This document shows, in pieces, positions 60,683 to 64,000 of a stretch of DNA of 64,000 nt. This DNA is from Hormiphora californensis (Eukaryota > Animalia > Ctenophora), in contig CM035351.1 in assembly GCA_020137815.1 (NCBI GenBank), forward strand, positions 806,001 to 870,000, written 5' to 3'. The first letter of the stretch is position 1; each line of letters opens with the position of its first letter. The position numbers were made by a program, and so were the translations under genes. A model generated the notes under the pieces. The model worked only from the letters and a program-made list of their open reading frames with translations, had not been told where the DNA came from and did not search any database.

Positions 60683-63600
60683 CTAGTGCGGACTCCGGGG
60701 AAGGGAGACATCGCTATCTGATGATATGTCCTGGGTGTCACTCATTTCCGGTGTCTCTGAGTAGATAAGACTGGACCTGGTGGACAGGGAGGCACCCTTC
60801 CGCCCCGGTTTTATCCGCCGTGCCAGCACACTGGCCCCATCATGGGAGCCATTTGTCATACGCTCTAGAGTCCTGTCAAAAAGCTCCTGTTGCATTTGAA
60901 CCTTGTCGTGTTGCACTGAAAGAGGGCGGGATTTCACCCGGGGTTTCGGCTCGTACAAGCTCCGCCCACCCGGGAGAGATTTAGGTGCGATGTGACCCCT
61001 GAACCGGGGGTGTTTTAGACTGTCACTGTCAGAGGGAGAGAACTCGGAGCGGGGATACCGAGGAAGGGGGATGAAGGATCGATTGCTGTCCGATGGTTTC
61101 CGTATCGGCGTCTGAAAATATAAGGATCAGTAATATTATACGATGGGATAACTCTTTAATTACCGGACAGGAATGCTTCCTAAGCTTTTAAAAAGTTTAC
61201 AAAACATACCTGGGGACTCTTTTGTAAGCACCGTGCTGATGGCTGAACACCGAGTGCTGTTTCTTGTGTAGTTTTGGGGTTGAACTCCACGGGGGTTATG
61301 TACTGGTGGTTCATCCTCACGGCCTCGGGTGGGGGATGATGCGGAGGATGGATACCATTTGAACAGGGTCCAGGATAAGGGGGTTCCTCCCCTGCTATAC
61401 CCTCGTCAGCTGTCCAGTTCTAAAGGTAAGTGGGGAAGTTGATGTTACAAAATTTCCCAGTGGGATACGGTTTGGTTACTACGCATTGTCCCAGTGGAGA
61501 TACATATCGAGTAGGCCTAATCTGATACATATCGCAATGGGTAATCTGATTATCTATACCTTGTACTTGCAGTTTTGGTACTCAGGTCGTTTCCATATGT
61601 AGAAGAACCTATATTTAACTGCATTCCAGAAGGAAGTCTTGAACCTCTTCATATCCATTATACTCTCATAAAGCACCTCACCCAGTAGAATCGCCCCTGA
61701 TACAGCAATAACCACAAAGAACGTATAGCAGAGACCGTAGATGTTTGCCAGATTGAGGGAGGATGATTTCTGGGCTCTGCTCCGAGCAGCACAGTCACCC
61801 TTACTCCACTTCTTCCAGAGAGAGTCCAGCTCGTTCTGTTCGCTTAGTGTTAGCAGTGCGGCGTTGAAGGCCTCCAAGTAGGGGGAGAAGGGCGGGAATC
61901 CAAAGGCATACCTAGGAGAATATCTTGGTAACGAAATTACCCCTACCTTGCTTGCCTTACTACCTTGCTTGCCTCTACGAGGCGTAATTTCGTTACCAAG
62001 AGAATATGCTGAGTTATGCTTGATGTACTCACACATCTGACTACCCAATTATTACCCGCAGTTCCCATGACCCACACTACGCACTGGATGGTTACTTACC
62101 CGAAAGAAAACAGCTGCTCTCCTATAAGCTGGAGATCGCACGGCTTGGTGTTTGCCTCAAACGTTACAATAGCACCTCCATAAAAGAAAATGTAATCATC
62201 TCCCCGAGCCCTTTTGAAGCCTTCTTCAACTGAGTCAACTGTCACCATGCCCTTGTAGACAGCCTCTAGTTCGGGGGAGGTGGCTGAACCGAGGAGGATC
62301 TCAGCGTTAGTCCCCTTCACCGTACCCCACTGTATCTCGTCCTGACTGATCAGCTCAGTAATCGAGTTGATGCCACTCTGCATTCGTGTGACTGTCAGAA
62401 AGGCAGCCAAGTTAGCTGTGTACATTGCCGTTACAATCAGAATCATGAACCACCACATCGCTAGGATCACCCGGCCGGACATGTTTCGAGGGACGCCCTC
62501 GACGGGTCCAATGCTGAACAGACAGGCAGCTATCATCCACAGCGAGTTTCCGATGTTCATTAATTCTGAAAGTGTACGTCACAATCACGGAAATCTCAAT
62601 CACGTTCACGGGTAATTAATCACGTTCAGTAGAATAAGATCAAGAGAGAAAGAGAGACCAATTACCTTCTCTGTTCTCGCTTGGATCTCTCAGGCGAGTT
62701 TCGAACAGACAGAGCTCTTCTTCCGAGTCTAGAGAGATCTCCTTGTTGCAACGGAACGCCTCACATGACTTACAGGAACACCGGAGAGCCGCGTGCATCC
62801 GCCGTCCGTAGAACCCAAACGGGGACATGTGATCATACAACCAGATGAGCAGCACCATCAAGACAGCAAATGCCAAAATGGCATACCTGATCGAGAGAAA
62901 TAATTCATTTAATATATCATACGGTTACGGTGTTACGGACAAAGCATTTCATAGCATTTTTCAGCTGTAGTCAACCCTCCTCAATATAAAAGGTTGCCCT
63001 CGTTTGCATACTCGATCACCTACCAAAGATCCACGTCAAACGGTTTCGTCCAGAAGAACGGATCGCTTTTAGATTCCTTGATCTTGGTCGTCATCACCAG
63101 GCCCGTATTATGGAAGGGCATGGAGAAATCCACGGCCTTCTCCCTGGCCTTGTTCATGGCAAAGTTGACGGCTCCAACGTCTATCTCTTGGTCCAGTAAC
63201 ATCTTGATGATTCCATTCCAGGTGCCGTTGGGGTTGGGTGATCCAAACTTCTTGTCAGCAGGTAACATGGAACTCGTAGTCAAAGTCGAGGATATCAGAT
63301 AGCTTCTCAACCTAGCTCTGAAAGGAGATTATTCAGCAACATGAAGCATGATAAATACCTCATCGAACGCAAAATGAAACATGATAAAGGGTTCATTGAC
63401 TGTCACGTGAATAGAATCACAAATGTACCCTGATGTATGAATATTTTAGTGGTTCAATGTTCATTGTAGAACTCTATTTGGGCCACATGAGGAACCAGGA
63501 ACCGACCGAAACAAGTAAACAACCAATCAGAACTCGATATTTAGGTCACGTGACTGGTTATTAGCCAATCAGGGACCAGTATTTCCCCCATCATCATACC

Positions 63601-64000
63601 TATACAAAGTCCGGTGAAACATTGTTTCTGAAGTTCCCTGTCGTTTTTGAAGGACTCTGAACAGTTCATATCGATTGAGATGAAGGGTGGTTCCTGAGTG
63701 ACTCCAAGTTTTAGTAGGGTACCCTTTAGGGACTTGATGCTGCTGGTGGGTTTCTCCTTGCCCATCTTGTTCCATATTATGGACTTGTTGGCCATTGCCA
63801 GTCCATCTTCCTTGTCCCAACTACCAACCTGAAAAGGCATGCTTTGGAATACAGGCCGTGTTCACTGTTCGAACCTGCAAACAACAAGAGAATCACTAAT
63901 TTAGCGGGCTTCTGGTTTTGTACTTACTTTGACCATGGCTTCCTTCTGAAAGTTGACAATGTCGTATCGTTTCTTTATTGGACCATGAAATTCGTCAAAC
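60683..64000 (-). CDS. Second, tandem iGluR paralog (end of ATD to C-terminus); 5' part outside the window
   Basis: QEPPF, KKFGSPNPNGTWNGII, REKAVDFSMPF, same Cys-rich loop, [23 protein letters not shown]4; tail homologous to paralog 1 (LFDRTLERM, KGASLST). Confidence 0.95.
61924..62000. mobile_element. 77-bp mini-element with 17-bp TIRs and 7-bp TSD next to a splice acceptor
   Basis: CTTGGTAACGAAATTAC..GTAATTTCGTTACCAAG; AGAATAT at 61917-61923 and 62001-62007; related termini at ~54060-54215. Confidence 0.75.
63496..63586. mobile_element. hAT-like MITE, right TIR missing
   Basis: CAGGAACCGACCGAAACAAGTAAACAACCAATCAG..GGTCACGTGAC..CCAATCAGGGACCAGTATTTCC. Confidence 0.85.

Overview
Compact, intron-containing animal genomic DNA, most likely a ctenophore (inferred from Epsilon-type iGluR hallmarks, antisense genes nested in introns and acceptor sites next to start codons). 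Genes in order: receptor guanylyl cyclase (+), apparently inside a dymeclin intron (-); TRPM2-like chanzyme (+); a tight minus-strand cluster RRP7A > small INIP-like gene > TTLL12-like > NHE8, with an F-type lectin-like gene nested in NHE8; a secreted JmjC/EF-hand protein; PRL phosphatase; a tight plus-strand cluster ETAA1-like > ER JmjC-KDEL > MRPL18 > LAMTOR2, with small secreted-protein genes nested antisense in MRPL18 and LAMTOR2; and two tandem ionotropic glutamate receptor genes (-). Non-coding DNA holds several foldback elements and MITEs with clear TSDs, microsatellites, and many tandem duplications of splice sites. Best leads: operon-like clusters with putative trans-splice acceptors; iGluRs lacking the residues that bind a ligand alpha-amino group and showing exon-limited nucleotide homogenisation; a hAT-like MITE enriched just downstream of splice donors; and several non-canonical enzymes. 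Single-base indels in conserved genes suggest assembly errors. Exon boundaries and homologies were read by eye, not by database search.
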